DNA of 63,659 nt, filler included, from Reticulomyxa filosa (lineage: Eukaryota; Protista; Foraminifera): assembly GCA_000512085.1 (NCBI GenBank). It is 16 parts of 16 records of this genome, joined end to end, with 100 filler letters (N's around TTAATTAATTAA, not from the genome) between each part and the next. Parts side by side here need not be neighbours in the genome. Positions count along the whole stretch, not along the records: positions 24,838 to 25,969 come from ASPP01046266.1; positions 26,070 to 30,806 come from ASPP01004663.1; positions 30,907 to 43,306 come from ASPP01010552.1; 13 more parts are not named here. One strand, 5' to 3'. The position numbers and the translations under genes are program-made. Within the stretch, counting starts at the first letter, position 1; every line of letters begins with the position of its first letter. Below the pieces are notes generated by a model. It searched no databases. It saw nothing but the letters and a program-made list of their open reading frames with translations, and was not told where the DNA came from. This document shows positions 25,021 through 38,100 of the stretch, in pieces.

Positions 25021-26224
25021 AGGTATATATACTTGAAACTTTTTATCTGCTTACCCGTTTCTACATGCAACGTTTCAATTATATCAACTTGTTGACATAA
25101 AAGAAAAGCAGTATCTCCTATATCTTTTGAACGTAGCATTGTCACGTCTTCATGCTATAATGTTGTACAATTGCAAAATAGACTCGTTGGAGTCAACAGT
25201 AGTTCAACTCGTGGAAATATGTAAGTCTGTCAATTATTCAAAAAAGAAGATGTTATATACGAATTGAATGTCAATATTTGAGATAAACACTGACTTTGAC
25301 TTTTGCAGAAAAAGAGTATAAAATGATTTATTTATAAAACAATTGAGTTTAAAACTTCAACAATGAAACAACTGGTTGAACAAATGTATTATTTTTTTAA
25401 TGCCACAAAAAAATTTGCACAATAATATAGCTTTTGAACAAACTGACAACTAACAACAGGTTACGTACTTTAAATTGAGATGATTAAAGGCGAACTGTTG
25501 TATTTTTTCAATTTTGGACCAAGCTGTCTTGTTTTTCATTATCACATAAAGAATATTTTTATAGCTCGAATATTTATATTTCGTCCCACAACAGTGGTAA
25601 AAAAAAAGAGAAAAAGCTTTATGACTCAAAACATTGCTTTCAAATAGGGTATTGATCAGTATCTTTGCACTGACATTCTTTGATGACATTGTTTTCATTT
25701 GTTCAAAAGTATCAAAGAAAATAATTAAAATAAAGTTGACAACACAAAATTAGCATTACAAAAACGTAAAAAAAGGTTTTCATATTCGTTACTTCGATAT
25801 TGATGGATAACATCTTGTGCAAATGATAACAAGTGCACCCAATAAGTTTGAAACTTGAGAGAAAAAATTAGAGATTTTTAGAAAAAAAAATGCATTTCAT
25901 GTTTGATTATTGTATTATTTGAAATTTTTTTTTAATTGATTCTTTTCGATTAAATTTGTAAAAAGTATANNNNNNNNNNNNNNNNNNNNNNNNNNNNNNN
26001 NNNNNNNNNNNNNTTAATTAATTAANNNNNNNNNNNNNNNNNNNNNNNNNNNNNNNNNNNNNNNNNNNNCACTATGAACCTCCCTGTTGGAACGAAACAT
26101 ATATCTGACACTTTTTAACCATTTACGCACTTTAAAAGTTGAAACGGTTCGTTTATTTTTCATCTTTTTTTTTTTTTTTTGGTACAAATATAAAGTTTGG
26201 TATTATTTTTGGGATGTTTAACAG

Positions 26225-29200
26225 GAAGAAAAGAAGTACAGTGAAACTGATCTTCAGATGGAAGACAAAGAAAATGTATCGGCAAGAAGTAACGGTGTGA
26301 ATGAACCTACAAGTATGCCAGTCGCATTGACTATCGTAAGCAAATTTTCACAACACAATAATTCCACTGTTGCTTTAGTCCCGAAATATTTGGTGAAATA
26401 TAACAAAAGATCTTACCATCACGCGGAATGGTTGACAGAAAAGGAGATTGGTGAACTCCAAGGTGAATCGAAATTGAAATATTTTATCCAAAAATTTTTT
26501 CATGAAAGCACGGCGGAACATTTGCGATTGATGAGTCGAGTGAATCACGCAATTGAGAGGAACCATTTTGAAAATATCCACTTTTTCAATCCTTTATATT
26601 TGAAAATTGAACGAATTATCGATGTGTGTGAGCCAAATGAAGTGTATAAACAAGTGAGACATTACAAAACGGACTTTTCAATTCGATGGAGTGACAGTTG
26701 GGTTTATCGTGAAAATCAAAGCGGCCAACTGTTGTATTTGGTGAAATGGGTGAGTATGCAATACGACGAAACAACATGGGAGACTGAAAGCTTTTTGATG
26801 AACCCTGTGTTCAATGAAAGATATGACGGAATAAAAGAAATTGAAATGTTTCGAGCAAGACAACAATTACCAGATATTAAACAATTGAATTTGGGCCCAA
26901 AACTGAATACGGAAAGATATCAACATCGTCCAAAAACGTGGAACGAGTTAACACAAACGACCAGATTCAAACACGATCACGAATTACGCTCTTATCAGAT
27001 ATCTGGTGTAAACTGGTTAGTGCACAATTGGTTAGGCCGTCGATCATGTATTTTGGCAGATGAAATGGGATTGGGAAAGACAGTTCAAACGGTCACATTT
27101 TTAAATCAGTTGGTAACACAATTTAATGTGCGCGGACCCTTTTTAATTGTGGCGCCTTTGTCAACATTGGGACACTGGTCGCGAGAATTTAAAGCATGGA
27201 GTGATTTAAATGTAATTGTATATCACGGCACAGCACTATGTCGCAGCGATTTGCATAGCTTGGAATTTTGTTATGAACATAAATGGCTAGACGAAACTCA
27301 AAAAGAAATGTTTAAAGACCAAGATGAGTTGGACAGTCAGGTGAATGCAATGAATCAAAAATTTAATGTCATGTTAACCACTCCAGATGTGATAAAAGCA
27401 GCAGACAATCTGTTGAACTGGAACAAAGTCAAATGGAGGTGTATTATCATCGACGAAGCGCATTGCTTGAAACATCGCAGTTCTTTAGTGTACAGAACAT
27501 TGAGCACATTTAAAAATCCGGATACGGATCTCTTTCAAACACATGTTGTGCTATTGACTGGTACACCAATTCAAAACGACATGCAAGAATTATTTAGCTT
27601 ACTTCATTTTATGGATCCCAAGGAATATCCATCCGAAAGTGCATTTTTAAAGGAATTTCCACCAGATCGATTGCACGAGTGCCAAGCTGCTTTACAAAAA
27701 TGCTTGAAAGCAAGACTGTTGCAACGCTTCAAAGCATTGGTGGAAAAGGATTTGCAAGATCGTGAAGAAAAAATAATTTGGGTGGAATTGACATTCTTCC
27801 AAAAGAAATGGTATCGAGCAGTGTATGAAAAAAGCTATGACTCTCTCCGAAAATTGGGTGCGGCAAGAACGTCCTTAATGAATGTGGCAATGCAATTACG
27901 AAAGTGTTGTAATCACCCTTTTTTAATTCACAACGTCGAACAAACAATGTCTCCGGAAGGAACGAGCGAAACTATGATAATGGAAAACTTGATTAGGGCA
28001 TGTGGTAAAATGATATTATTAGACAAACTATTACCGAAATTGAAAATGGAGGGACATCGCGTGTTGATATTTTCCCAAATGACCAGAGTGTTAAATATCA
28101 TTGAAGACTTTCTGATGTATCGAGGATACTTTTATGAACGAGTTGATGGATCCGTTACAGGCATCGAACGACAAGAGGCAATTGATCGCTTCACGATCAA
28201 TGATCAAATATTTGCGTTTTTGCTAACCACACGTGCTGGAGGTGTAGGCATTAATTTAATGGCAGCAGATACAGTCATAATTTTTGATAGCGATTGGAAT
28301 CCGATGAATGATATCCAGGCCATTGCCAGAGCTCATCGTATTGGACAAACCAAGAAAGTCAATGTATATCGAATTATCACTCAAGGAACTTATGAGGAAG
28401 AAATGTTCCAAAGAGCAGACCGAAAATTGGCTTTAAGCAAGATTGTAATGGGTGACTTGGAAGCAATGACCAAAACGGAAATGGCAGATATGCTTAAACG
28501 AGGCGCGATTCGTGCGTTTTTGAAAGAGACTGATAATGAAATTGAGAAATTTACAAATGCAACAATTGATGAAATCTTATCCACCCGTTGTCAAAAATGG
28601 GAAACAAGAGATCAAGGTACTGATGAGAAGATAACAAATCATGATAGTAAAGAAGGTGCATTGTTTAGCGAAGCTCATTTTGCGGCAAATACTGAAGATC
28701 CAGAAGTTGATTGGAATGCTGCAGACTTTTGGGATCGAGTCGTCGATTTGAAAATGGCCAGAGATGAAGACAGTGAAAAGGAAGAAAATGTAGAAAGACG
28801 TGGCAAATATCGAATGCGAGCACGAAAAAAGAATCAAAAAAGTTATTCTGTAAACGATGATGCAGATGAAGATTACTCTGAAGAGCTCGATCTTTCTCAA
28901 TCCAAGAGCAAGAAAAGTGATGAAGAATGTGACGAAAGAAGGGAGAAATCTTTGCTTGGAGCAATGTTGCGTTACTTCTATGGGCAATGGCATGATATTT
29001 ATCATACACTATCAAACACGGAATTGGAACTATTGAAATTGCAGCCACCACAACTGGAACAAGCGCTTAAATCTGAAACAAAAGCAAATGAATCAGAGCC
29101 AAGCGATGTGAAATCAACAGACAAACAACTAATCTTAGATGAAACATACACAAGACTGAAACGAGCAGCAGTAGAAACAATTGGGAAATGTCTTCCAATT

Positions 29201-30806
29201 AATTAAACCGGAAATACGTATCTCTGTATTGAAATCAAAAGATGCATTGTTTATGGATCCATTATTGAAGAAACACACAATCGAAACATATGTTTATCAG
29301 TTATTCACTGACAAGAGATTGGAAAAATTAGTCGAAGCAGCGAAGGACTACAAACAAAAAATTGAAAAATTGTGCGATGATCTTGAAGTCAAGGAACAGA
29401 AGACAAAGACAGCAAAGAGTAATGATGAAGCAACTGAAACAATTGGCAAATCCAACAGTAAAAATAAATCGTTTTGTAAACATGCTCAATGCAAACGTTG
29501 GATAAATGAAGGATTGAATGAAGAAAACTTTTTGCCTTGGACGATATGTTGTAAAGGATGTTCCCAAAGTGATGGAAAGTTCCATGATGTGAAATGTGAT
29601 CGACGATATGCAAAGCAGTTTGTACACGATTGTGTTAATGCAATTGAAGCGCGATACCCTGCTGCAAATGGAGCACCATCGAACGTAAATGAGGGAACAA
29701 TGAAAGACGAACTTACTAAATATTCTACAGAAACGATGTTGAACACGATTCAAGCTTCCATAATTAGCAAAGAACATCTCAGAAATATTCTTATCTCCAA
29801 TATTTGTGGAGACGTTAGAAGTATTGCTCAACAATTGGAAAGAATGTTCGTCTTTCGCGGTATTTGTTGTCATGTGATGGGCGTGGACATGGACTGTCGT
29901 GAACCAATTGCTGTGGGAGGATTACCTAGCGAGAAGGCTTTTGAAAAATTACGTTCACACGAGAATTGGCAGGCCCTGAGAGCTATCAAGACAATGCCTA
30001 CCTGGTGGAACAAGGAATGGGACTATCAATTGGTCAAAGGTACATTGATCTTTGGCTGGGGAAATATTCCTCAATCATGGATTGTTGAAAACAAACTTCA
30101 AGTTAGAGTTGAAGTAACGAAGGAAATATATATATATATATATCTTGTTTAAAAAAAAGAAAAATAAATAAATAAATTACATGTTACTGTGTATGATGAT
30201 GCGAATTGTCGTTGATTGTTTTATTTTAAACATTTGTTGCTCAGGCTCAAATTCCGGCCAATGATGACGTAATAATAGTCGATGATGGCAGTGGAGAGAT
30301 GTTTAAAGGCAAATGGATTAAATACAACAGACAATCACAACGGCTGACTCAGATTTCATCGAGCTTCCGTAAATTGGTCCGCGAGTCGTATCAGAAAATG
30401 CATCGTGCCCAAGTGAAAGCGATAACACAAAAGCAAAACACCATAACGAAAACCACTGAATCGCGTCTCACAAAAAACTCAACGATGGTGGATTTAACAA
30501 GCAAATCTCCCTCAGTCGTGGACTTGTGTGGATCCCAAGACAAGAAAGAAAAGAAAAAGAAAAAAGACGAAAAGAAGCACAAAACCAAAGACAAAGAAAA
30601 AAAAAGAAAAGAAAAAAGACAAGAACGGAAAGAAAGACAAAACAAAGTCGATTGACACTTTTTTTATTCGCAATGACTCTTCGAAAAAAAAAAAGACGAA
30701 TGAAGACGAAAAAGAAAAAGAAAAAAAAAAAAAAAAAAAAGAATTATTGGAAGAAAATCGAACCATGATCAATTTAGATGAAGCTCCCAAACTGAAACAA
30801 AGATTT
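26225..30806 (+). CDS. CHD-family chromodomain helicase DNA-binding chromatin remodeler (partial at both ends)
   Basis: Two chromodomains (KYLVKY..SYHHAEWL; YLVKWVSMQYDETTWE). SNF2 ATPase motifs ILADEMGLGKT, IIDEAH, LLTGTPIQN, QLRKCCNHPFL, RVLIFSQM, TRAGGVGINL, DWNP..D.QA.ARAHRIGQ. SLIDE-like WWNKEWDYQLVKG..FGWG and a K-rich tail. Frame change at ~29190-29206; intron ~30104-30244. Confidence 0.93.
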
Positions 30807-30990
30807 NNNNNNNNNNNNNNNNNNNNNNNNNNNNNNNNNNNNNNNNNNNNTTAATTAATTAANNNNNNNNNNNNNNNNNNNNNNNNNNNNNNNNNNNNNN
30901 NNNNNNTTTTCTTGAAAATGTTTGGAGAGAAATTAACATTCCATTAGTTTTTTTTTTATATATTTTATGAAAATCCTAATTTTGGAATAG

Positions 30991-31638
30991 GTGAAATTGC
31001 ACAACCCAATGAGCGATTGAAAGCCTATGCAGAAAGTGCTCAAGAGATGAGTGACCAATTGTTTGATCGTGACACATATTTAAAAGCAGTGGACATACAT
31101 ATGGACGAATGTCGCGCTCAAATCACAAACCGCAAGGACTCGAAGGTGAAGGGATCCAGTTGAGTCAGAAAGGGGGGGGACAATCGATAACAATTTTTTT
31201 TTCCCTTTTTTTTTTTTTTTGAAAAAGGTCCATTGTGAATCACAAACAAAATAAAATATTTTTAAAAAAAATAAAAAATAAAAAAAAGAAACCGACTTGA
31301 ATGAAATGATGATCGCCGAGTCGTTAACACCTGGCGGACCTGGCGATGATGATACTGGAAACACCGATAATTCATTTAAACGTAAAGTATCAGCTACAGA
31401 CGCACAAAACAAAAACGACAAAACTACAAAACCAAAATCGTTGATGGACTTGCAAATTGTAAAAGATATGAAATTGGGACATGTAACTGAATATTATGCC
31501 GTCAAATACGCCGATCCGGTATATTCCTTTGTGCGTCAACATGAAATTGCAATTGGTGGTCTCTCCTTTGTGTTGTTTTGCGTGGCCTCACAGCAATATA
31601 TCACAAAGAAAAACAAAAATAAGACAATTATGGTGTAA
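30991..31638 (+). CDS. 3' exons of a hypothetical tail-anchored membrane protein
   Basis: Exon EIAQPNERLKAYAESAQEMSDQLFDRD..., an intron, then an ORF ending in one TM segment (IAIGGLSFVLFCVAS) and a basic tail. Confidence 0.5.
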
Positions 31639-32788
31639 AACGCACTTGTTGTGCTTTCCTTTTTTTTTTTTTTTGCTTGTTTTGGGGTTTTTTATCATTA
31701 TTTTTCCTTTGGAGGGCTATTTTTCATATTGCTTTTTTTTCCCATTTCGTCCACAAAAAATACCTTACTTTTTGGCTCAATAAAACCCAAGTAAGAATGG
31801 GTCGCCACTTGCCGCCAATTGCAAAATGTTTCGTTATATTCTTGGTCAGAACTGTGTTTGAGTCGTTAATAAAGAGATAGTTGGGGAAAGGATGTGTTCA
31901 CTTTTGTCGATTCTCTATTATCCTTAACAAATACATAGAACACGTCTTGTTGCAAGGATAACAAACCAAACGCTTATATTTATTCTTTCCTGAGAAATAT
32001 CCATGAACACAAAACTTATCTTTTTGTAAACATTTTTGCAAATTAGGAACTGTAATGCAAGTGTGCACCTTTTGGGGCAAATCTCAATAAAGCAAACAAA
32101 AAAAAGAAATGAGACCAGCAAAGCAAAATAAGTTGGAAACACTATCTTATCAAACTTTTTCTTCCGTTGTATGGCAATTACAAAGAAAATTTGTACTACC
32201 TGTCAAAGTAGTTAAGTTGTACTATTAAGATAAATTTTAGAAAATTAATTATGCGTTGTTTTCAGCAACCCTCTGTTGCTGGAGTCAGGGGATTTTATTT
32301 TATGTGTTTATTTTTTTTGATAGATTGCATACAGAAGCGAAATGAACGTACATAATATTATCATCTTATGTGCATAATACGTTTTATTTTACAAACAACT
32401 AAAATGATTTCAGATTATCAAAAAATCTTTACAAAATCATTTTTTTCTTTTTTCAAAGTTGCGATATAACAAATGAGAAAAGCAATGCAACTCAAAACAT
32501 CATAACTTGCGAGAAATACATTGAATTTATGTTATCCTCAGTTTGTACAATGAAAATAAATGAAGCTTTTGATTTGTTTGAACTGTTGCATTCGTCATTT
32601 AAATTATTTTTCGGACATGATGACTTTTTTTTCGAAATATATGAATGTAGAATCTTTGAGATGCACATGAACTACTATGTTTATAATCAAAATTTCTGCA
32701 TTGCATGAGAAAGATTGAACATAGACTTATATTTATTTATTTTTATGTACTAGAAAATGCTTTTGAAACAATACTAATTTATAACAAT

Positions 32789-33432
32789 AAAATAGTAATT
32801 TTTAAATTACAAACACAATAATTGTTTTTTAAAAAAGTGTGATGAATGTGTAATTTTTCGGGACCACCCCATATACATTTATATTTTAAAATTAAATATA
32901 TTGTTGATTTTTTATAAAGAACTGCTTCAGGAGTCAAGAGAATTTTATTTTATAAATATTTTTTTCATTTATAGCATTCAGAAACGAAATGAAAGTAAAT
33001 ATAAGCATAATTTTATATACATTATATTTTCTATTTTGAAAAAAGAAAAAAATGAAGATTTTTGTTGATGTTTGTAGAAAAAATAAGACAAACAATGTAA
33101 TATTGTGACATATTTATATTATTCTTGCATATACTCAAAAATGTTAATAAAAACTTTGAATTACTTTATTTATCATCAAACATTCTTCATTACACGAGAA
33201 AGGGCGTTGAACGACTTATATGTATTTTTCTGCGTTCAGAAATTATTTTGAATTTCATAAACCATGATTCTACAAAACAAAAAACTTAAAACTCTTTTTT
33301 GAAATATGAAAGTGGTCCCGAAAAATTGCACATGTATAACACTTTTTTAAAAAATAATTATCATATTTGTAATTTAAAAAGTTATTATTTTTTCGTGATC
33401 ATCATATACATTTATATTTCAAAATTGAATTT
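32789..33432. repeat. ~88-bp inverted repeat pair (32789-32875 / 33304-33392), each followed by a ~30-bp direct repeat
   Basis: Reverse complement of the left copy is gtggtcccgaaaaattacacattcatcacac...tgtaatttaaaaa; the right copy is gtggtcccgaaaaattgcacatgtataacac...tgtaatttaaaaa. catatacatttatattt(t/c)aaaatt occurs at 32870 and 33403. Confidence 0.8.
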
Positions 33433-33838
33433 GTTGTGAGTTGATATAGAAAAAATTTTTGGTATTATTAAAAAACGTACAGTTTAGAAACTGTCCTTTT
33501 TGACAAGAATCGAACGGATGTGCGAATAAACTGAAAAAATAGAAGCAAGAACTATAATTTCTCAATACTTTGTCATTGCACAAACTAATTGAATGTGTTG
33601 ATTTTGTTTTATTTTATTTTCATTTATTTATCAATATTAATTAGTTATTTTTTATTTCTCTCTTTGATAAGTCACACATGTGCTGTCAAGGTCGACATCT
33701 GTCAAAATTTGCAAAAAGACACGTGCTAACAATTAAAAAAATCTTGCCAGTGTTGAAAAACAATTTAAAAAAAAAATTAATTTACATTGCAAAATTAGAT
33801 GAACAAAAAAAGTGTTTAAAGGCATGTTCCGGGAACAT

Positions 33839-34789
33839 TCAAGAGCGAAAGGTGCTCGTTTTATCTGAACAACGACCCAGCCAAGTGCACAACCAATCAC
33901 CAAATTCAAAAGTAGCAATCATAAGTAAGCCATTGATAAACCCGTCAATAGAAAGAAAGAACAGCCCAACAAAGGAAAGAGAGATAAACAATAAAGCAAA
34001 AAAAGTGCTGGTAATACTGACTAATGCGATAGCAACTGTTCGGTGCAAACGATAATGATTCTGTGAGGACATTTGTTCTGTAATAGTATCTATTTCCATA
34101 TTAGTTGTAACACTGTAAAACTTACGAATGTATTGGTAAGATAACGTTGCATTAAACAATGTTACAGAGACACCAGCAATGATATAGTACAACATTTCAT
34201 ATGGAGTTTGGCCATTGAAACAAAAGTAGAAGTAGTTAGTATTGGAGCGCCTTGCTGGAATAAAATCAAGTACTTTGATTGCATATAAACAATTGGGCTG
34301 ATTTGCTAGTGCAAGTCCCTCCAAAATAGCCAAAAGGATTGTCACCAATACAATTACAAATACAAATATTTTGTTAAATTTGTTACTTACTTTGTATGCA
34401 CTCTCATTGTTAAATACCAAATTCAATCGCATATGCCAAAATTCCAACATTGCCAAAATGTATACCAAAGGTGGCAGCGATATAATCCTCTCAAATGTGC
34501 AATTCATATGACTGCGATTTCTACCGTCACTGTTTTCTAAAAAAAGAGGTAGATACACAAATGTTGTGATCAGGCAATATGCCCAATATGCTACGTGGTA
34601 AATTATCAAAGGATACCGTAATACAGTTTTGATCGAGTTGGCACGGCAAAAACACTGATAAATTGTATACACGAGTACCAGAGATTCTAGTACCAATAAT
34701 ATGGCTGTGATTATATATGCTGTACCAAGCAAATCTTCTTGTGTAGTATGCTGTGCATCCACACAAATTTTGAGTTCAGACGTAACCAT
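33839..34789 (-). CDS. Intronless seven-transmembrane (GPCR-like) protein, 316 aa
   Basis: Seven hydrophobic segments, Cys residues in predicted extracellular loops, RL motif after TM3, complete ATG-to-stop ORF. Confidence 0.8.
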   Translation of the reverse strand: MVTSELKICVDAQHTTQEDLLGTAYIITAILLVLESLVLVYTIYQCFCRANSIKTVLRYPLIIYHVAYWAYCLITTFVYLPLFLENSDGRNRSHMNCTFERIISLPPLVYILAMLEFWHMRLNLVFNNESAYKVSNKFNKIFVFVIVLVTILLAILEGLALANQPNCLYAIKVLDFIPARRSNTNYFYFCFNGQTPYEMLYYIIAGVSVTLFNATLSYQYIRKFYSVTTNMEIDTITEQMSSQNHYRLHRTVAIALVSITSTFFALLFISLSFVGLFFLSIDGFINGLLMIATFEFGDWLCTWLGRCSDKTSTFRS

Positions 34790-35185
34790 TACAAAATTGA
34801 ATCATTCCCCGTTTTCTTTGCAAGTTTTTATCAGCAGTCAAACCAGTATTGACTTTTTTTTTGCAATAAATTTTTTTTCTTTCATTCTGCTCTTTTTTTT
34901 TGTAAAGTACAGTGGTGAACGCATAGGAAATTAACTTAATCAACATCTCTCTTTGAACTGTCTAGGAAAATTATGAATTAAAACGTTTACAAGTTTACCC
35001 TTTTTGTTACAGAAAATTGAAATAATAAAAAAAACAAAGATCTTTTAGCATCTGCACTTTTTAGCACATTTTCTGGTATCTTCAAATGACGTCGTCATTC
35101 AAAAAGTTTGTATGTCTGACGTCACACTGGTCCATTTCAGGTGGGAGAACAAGTTTTTAGTGATTGTATCCTACGTATATCTGAA

Positions 35186-38100
35186 ATGTCATCAAGTGAA
35201 GAAAATAGCAAAGATAAATCATTATTGCAAAAAGAAGAAATAAATAGTATGGAGCTCGTGATGAATTTACCTTCCACATCACATGGTCAAATCGCGTGTG
35301 ACCCGAGCGATAGTGAAATTAATGAGGTTATTTCAAATATCGATCGTAGTCAATATACGACGGAAGAGTGGCAAGAGATGCGAGACAATCAAAAAACGAT
35401 TTATAAAATCTTTAAAATGTTTGCTCCGAAAAAACTTGGACCCACTGATCAACAAAATATTGGAGCCATTACACGAGTAGAGTTTTTTTTGGATCAATTC
35501 TTTCAAAGCATGGAAATTCTAAAATTTTTCCCAGCACTTCAGAGTGTGGAGGTTTGTTTACAATACTATTGCATCCAAACGAGTACGTTGATAACAAAAG
35601 CAAAACAAAATAAAACATCAGATTCTATGTAATTCGTTTCAAAAAATTCAAGGTCTTCAGAATTGTAAGCATTTGAAAATTTTAAACTTGACAAAAAACA
35701 AACTTAAAAACCTTTCTGGTCTCGAGCACAATATTGAATTGGAAGAGTTGCATTTGAGTGAAAACTGTATTGACTCCATTACCGGCATCGAACATTTACA
35801 TAACTTAAAAATTGTAACAATTCACGACAACTCTATTGCTTCCATAGAGCCACTGAAACATTGCAAGAACTTGGAGTCAGTGAACGTTGCAAACAACAAA
35901 ATATCGACACTTTTTAGGTATCACATTATCTTTTTTCTTGTTGTCGTTGTTGTTGGGACTCTCTTAAATTTTTTTCTTTCTAATCGTCAGCTGCATCCTA
36001 GAGCAGGTTTTGTTCCTATTCAACAGATGCCTCACTGGCTTGTGCCGTTTGTACGAACTCAACATTGCGGGCAACAATTTGGTGCACTTTAATGAGATTG
36101 ATGTATTGGCAGAAATCCAATCTTTAAAAAGAGTATATTTCAGGTTTGCCTTCAATCAGGGAGGAGAAAGAAGAAAAATTTTTGTTCAATAACAATACAA
36201 TTTAGCGATCCTCACTTTGGAAGCAACCCATTATGTGATATGGGCAATTATCACGTGTACGCTCTGCACTGCTTACAGTTTGTGGACGTGCTGGACGGCG
36301 TGCATGTATATCAAGATGCAAAAGAACTTTGTCTTACAACTGTAGAAAAAAAACTGGTCTACTACAATATGCAGTTGCAGGTACTAAGAAGAAGAACTTT
36401 TTTCAAATATTGACCCCCGTTACCTCTTCTCAAACTGTACACCTTGACAGATCGAAAAAGAAAAAACTACACTTGCACTCGTGAAAGTCAGTGGGTAAAA
36501 GCTCAATTGCAGTCCTGTCTCAATCAATTATATCGCAAAATTTTTGAACAACATAACGTGACACAGACGCAAACAATTCAGCATCAAGAGATCCCAAAGG
36601 AACAAATTAACTACTTGGAGGGATCGATAAAGCAATTCTTGGACACTTGTGAATCATTTGAAAAAATTATTCTTTTATTCATTCAATGTAAGTACTATTT
36701 ATTCTTTTACCTTTAAATAAATAAATTTTTTTTGCATTTATTGATAGAATTGAATGGAATAGCTTCAACACAAAAACATTATACGAAATTGAGATGAACA
36801 GTGGAGGAAATATAAGATTTATAGAACTTTCGCCAGACAAACATAGTTGTGATTGGGCTACGGCCAGTGAGCCGTTTTTAGACGCTTTTCAAAGCACATC
36901 GAAACGATTTTTTCGGATCTACAAAATTGAAAATAATTTTGCTCGTTACCGTTTTCAAAGGTTTACTATACAAAAGTGTGAAGAATTGGCAAGTTGTGAT
37001 CCTCCAAAAGATATTCCTGACACTATGCAGATGTATTTGCATGGTGAAAATTTGAGCGACATCGTGGCTGTCATACACAACTGGGTTCGTAGTGTTTTTT
37101 TCATCTGGAATTTTGAGTTTACGGGTCACTTAAAAAAACAAACCTTAAAAAATTGATATTTTTTTAATGACTATACTAATAAGAAATATCATCAAGTTCG
37201 ATTTGAGAAAAACATCAACAATTTGTTGAAAGAGCAAAGAAGTTCTAGTGAACCAATACGTAATATATTGACCGTCAATGTTATGTCTTCATTGTGTGAA
37301 TACATGTGCAACGCAGTTTAAGTTCTGAGTTGTTTGTATAGTGTATACAAGATGATGAAAAAGGTGAATTTTTTGAGACAAGCAATCCAGAAATGCTCTG
37401 TCCAATCTATTTGCTGCAGTTTCAACACAACGACAATAGCACAGCTAGTCCTGAAGTGTCAGGCGAGTTGGAAAAAGTATCGATACCAGATCCATTGACG
37501 AATTTGAAGAGAATTATTGCAAATAGAGTTATTGAATTCAACTAAACTCTATTTCTTCTGTTTTAAATGTTTTTTGCTTCATAGAATCAACAACTCTTAT
37601 AATCTTATTTCAGGAGGAACGATGGAAAACACTGTTTTCAAGCCTCCACCAGTACTTTTTGCAAGATTTTTTTCATTCCTGTCACAATAATCTTTTAAAT
37701 ATGAAGCTAGAGCTCCTTGAGACTTACAAAGCTGACAGCAAACCTTTCCAAAAAATTGTAAGTTGAATACATATGAACGTTATTTTGCGTTTTTTTGAAA
37801 ACTCCCTTTTGTCAAAAATACGATTTGCAGCAAGAACAAGGACAAGTCTTGCCGCAGCAATTTATGAATCTCACTAGTTCAAATTTGTCAGAGTTGGTAC
37901 CTTGTTTGGAGAGTCAAATAATAACTCACGTATTTGGATCAACGATTAGCCTCAAATGCTTCAGTCATTTAACAAAAGTTTACGAGAACGTTACATATTT
38001 AGATTTAAGTTTCAATAGTATAAGCAAGATTCCTGAAGAAATAGCAACCCTCCAAAAACTGCAATTTTTAAACCTGCAAGAAAACTTAATCTGGGAAATG

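Noticed and set aside
30528-30806. Programmed frameshifting in K-rich tails and other A-run frame changes
   Set aside because: The shifts fall in long homopolymers where sequencing error is the simplest explanation; no conserved stimulatory structure was seen.
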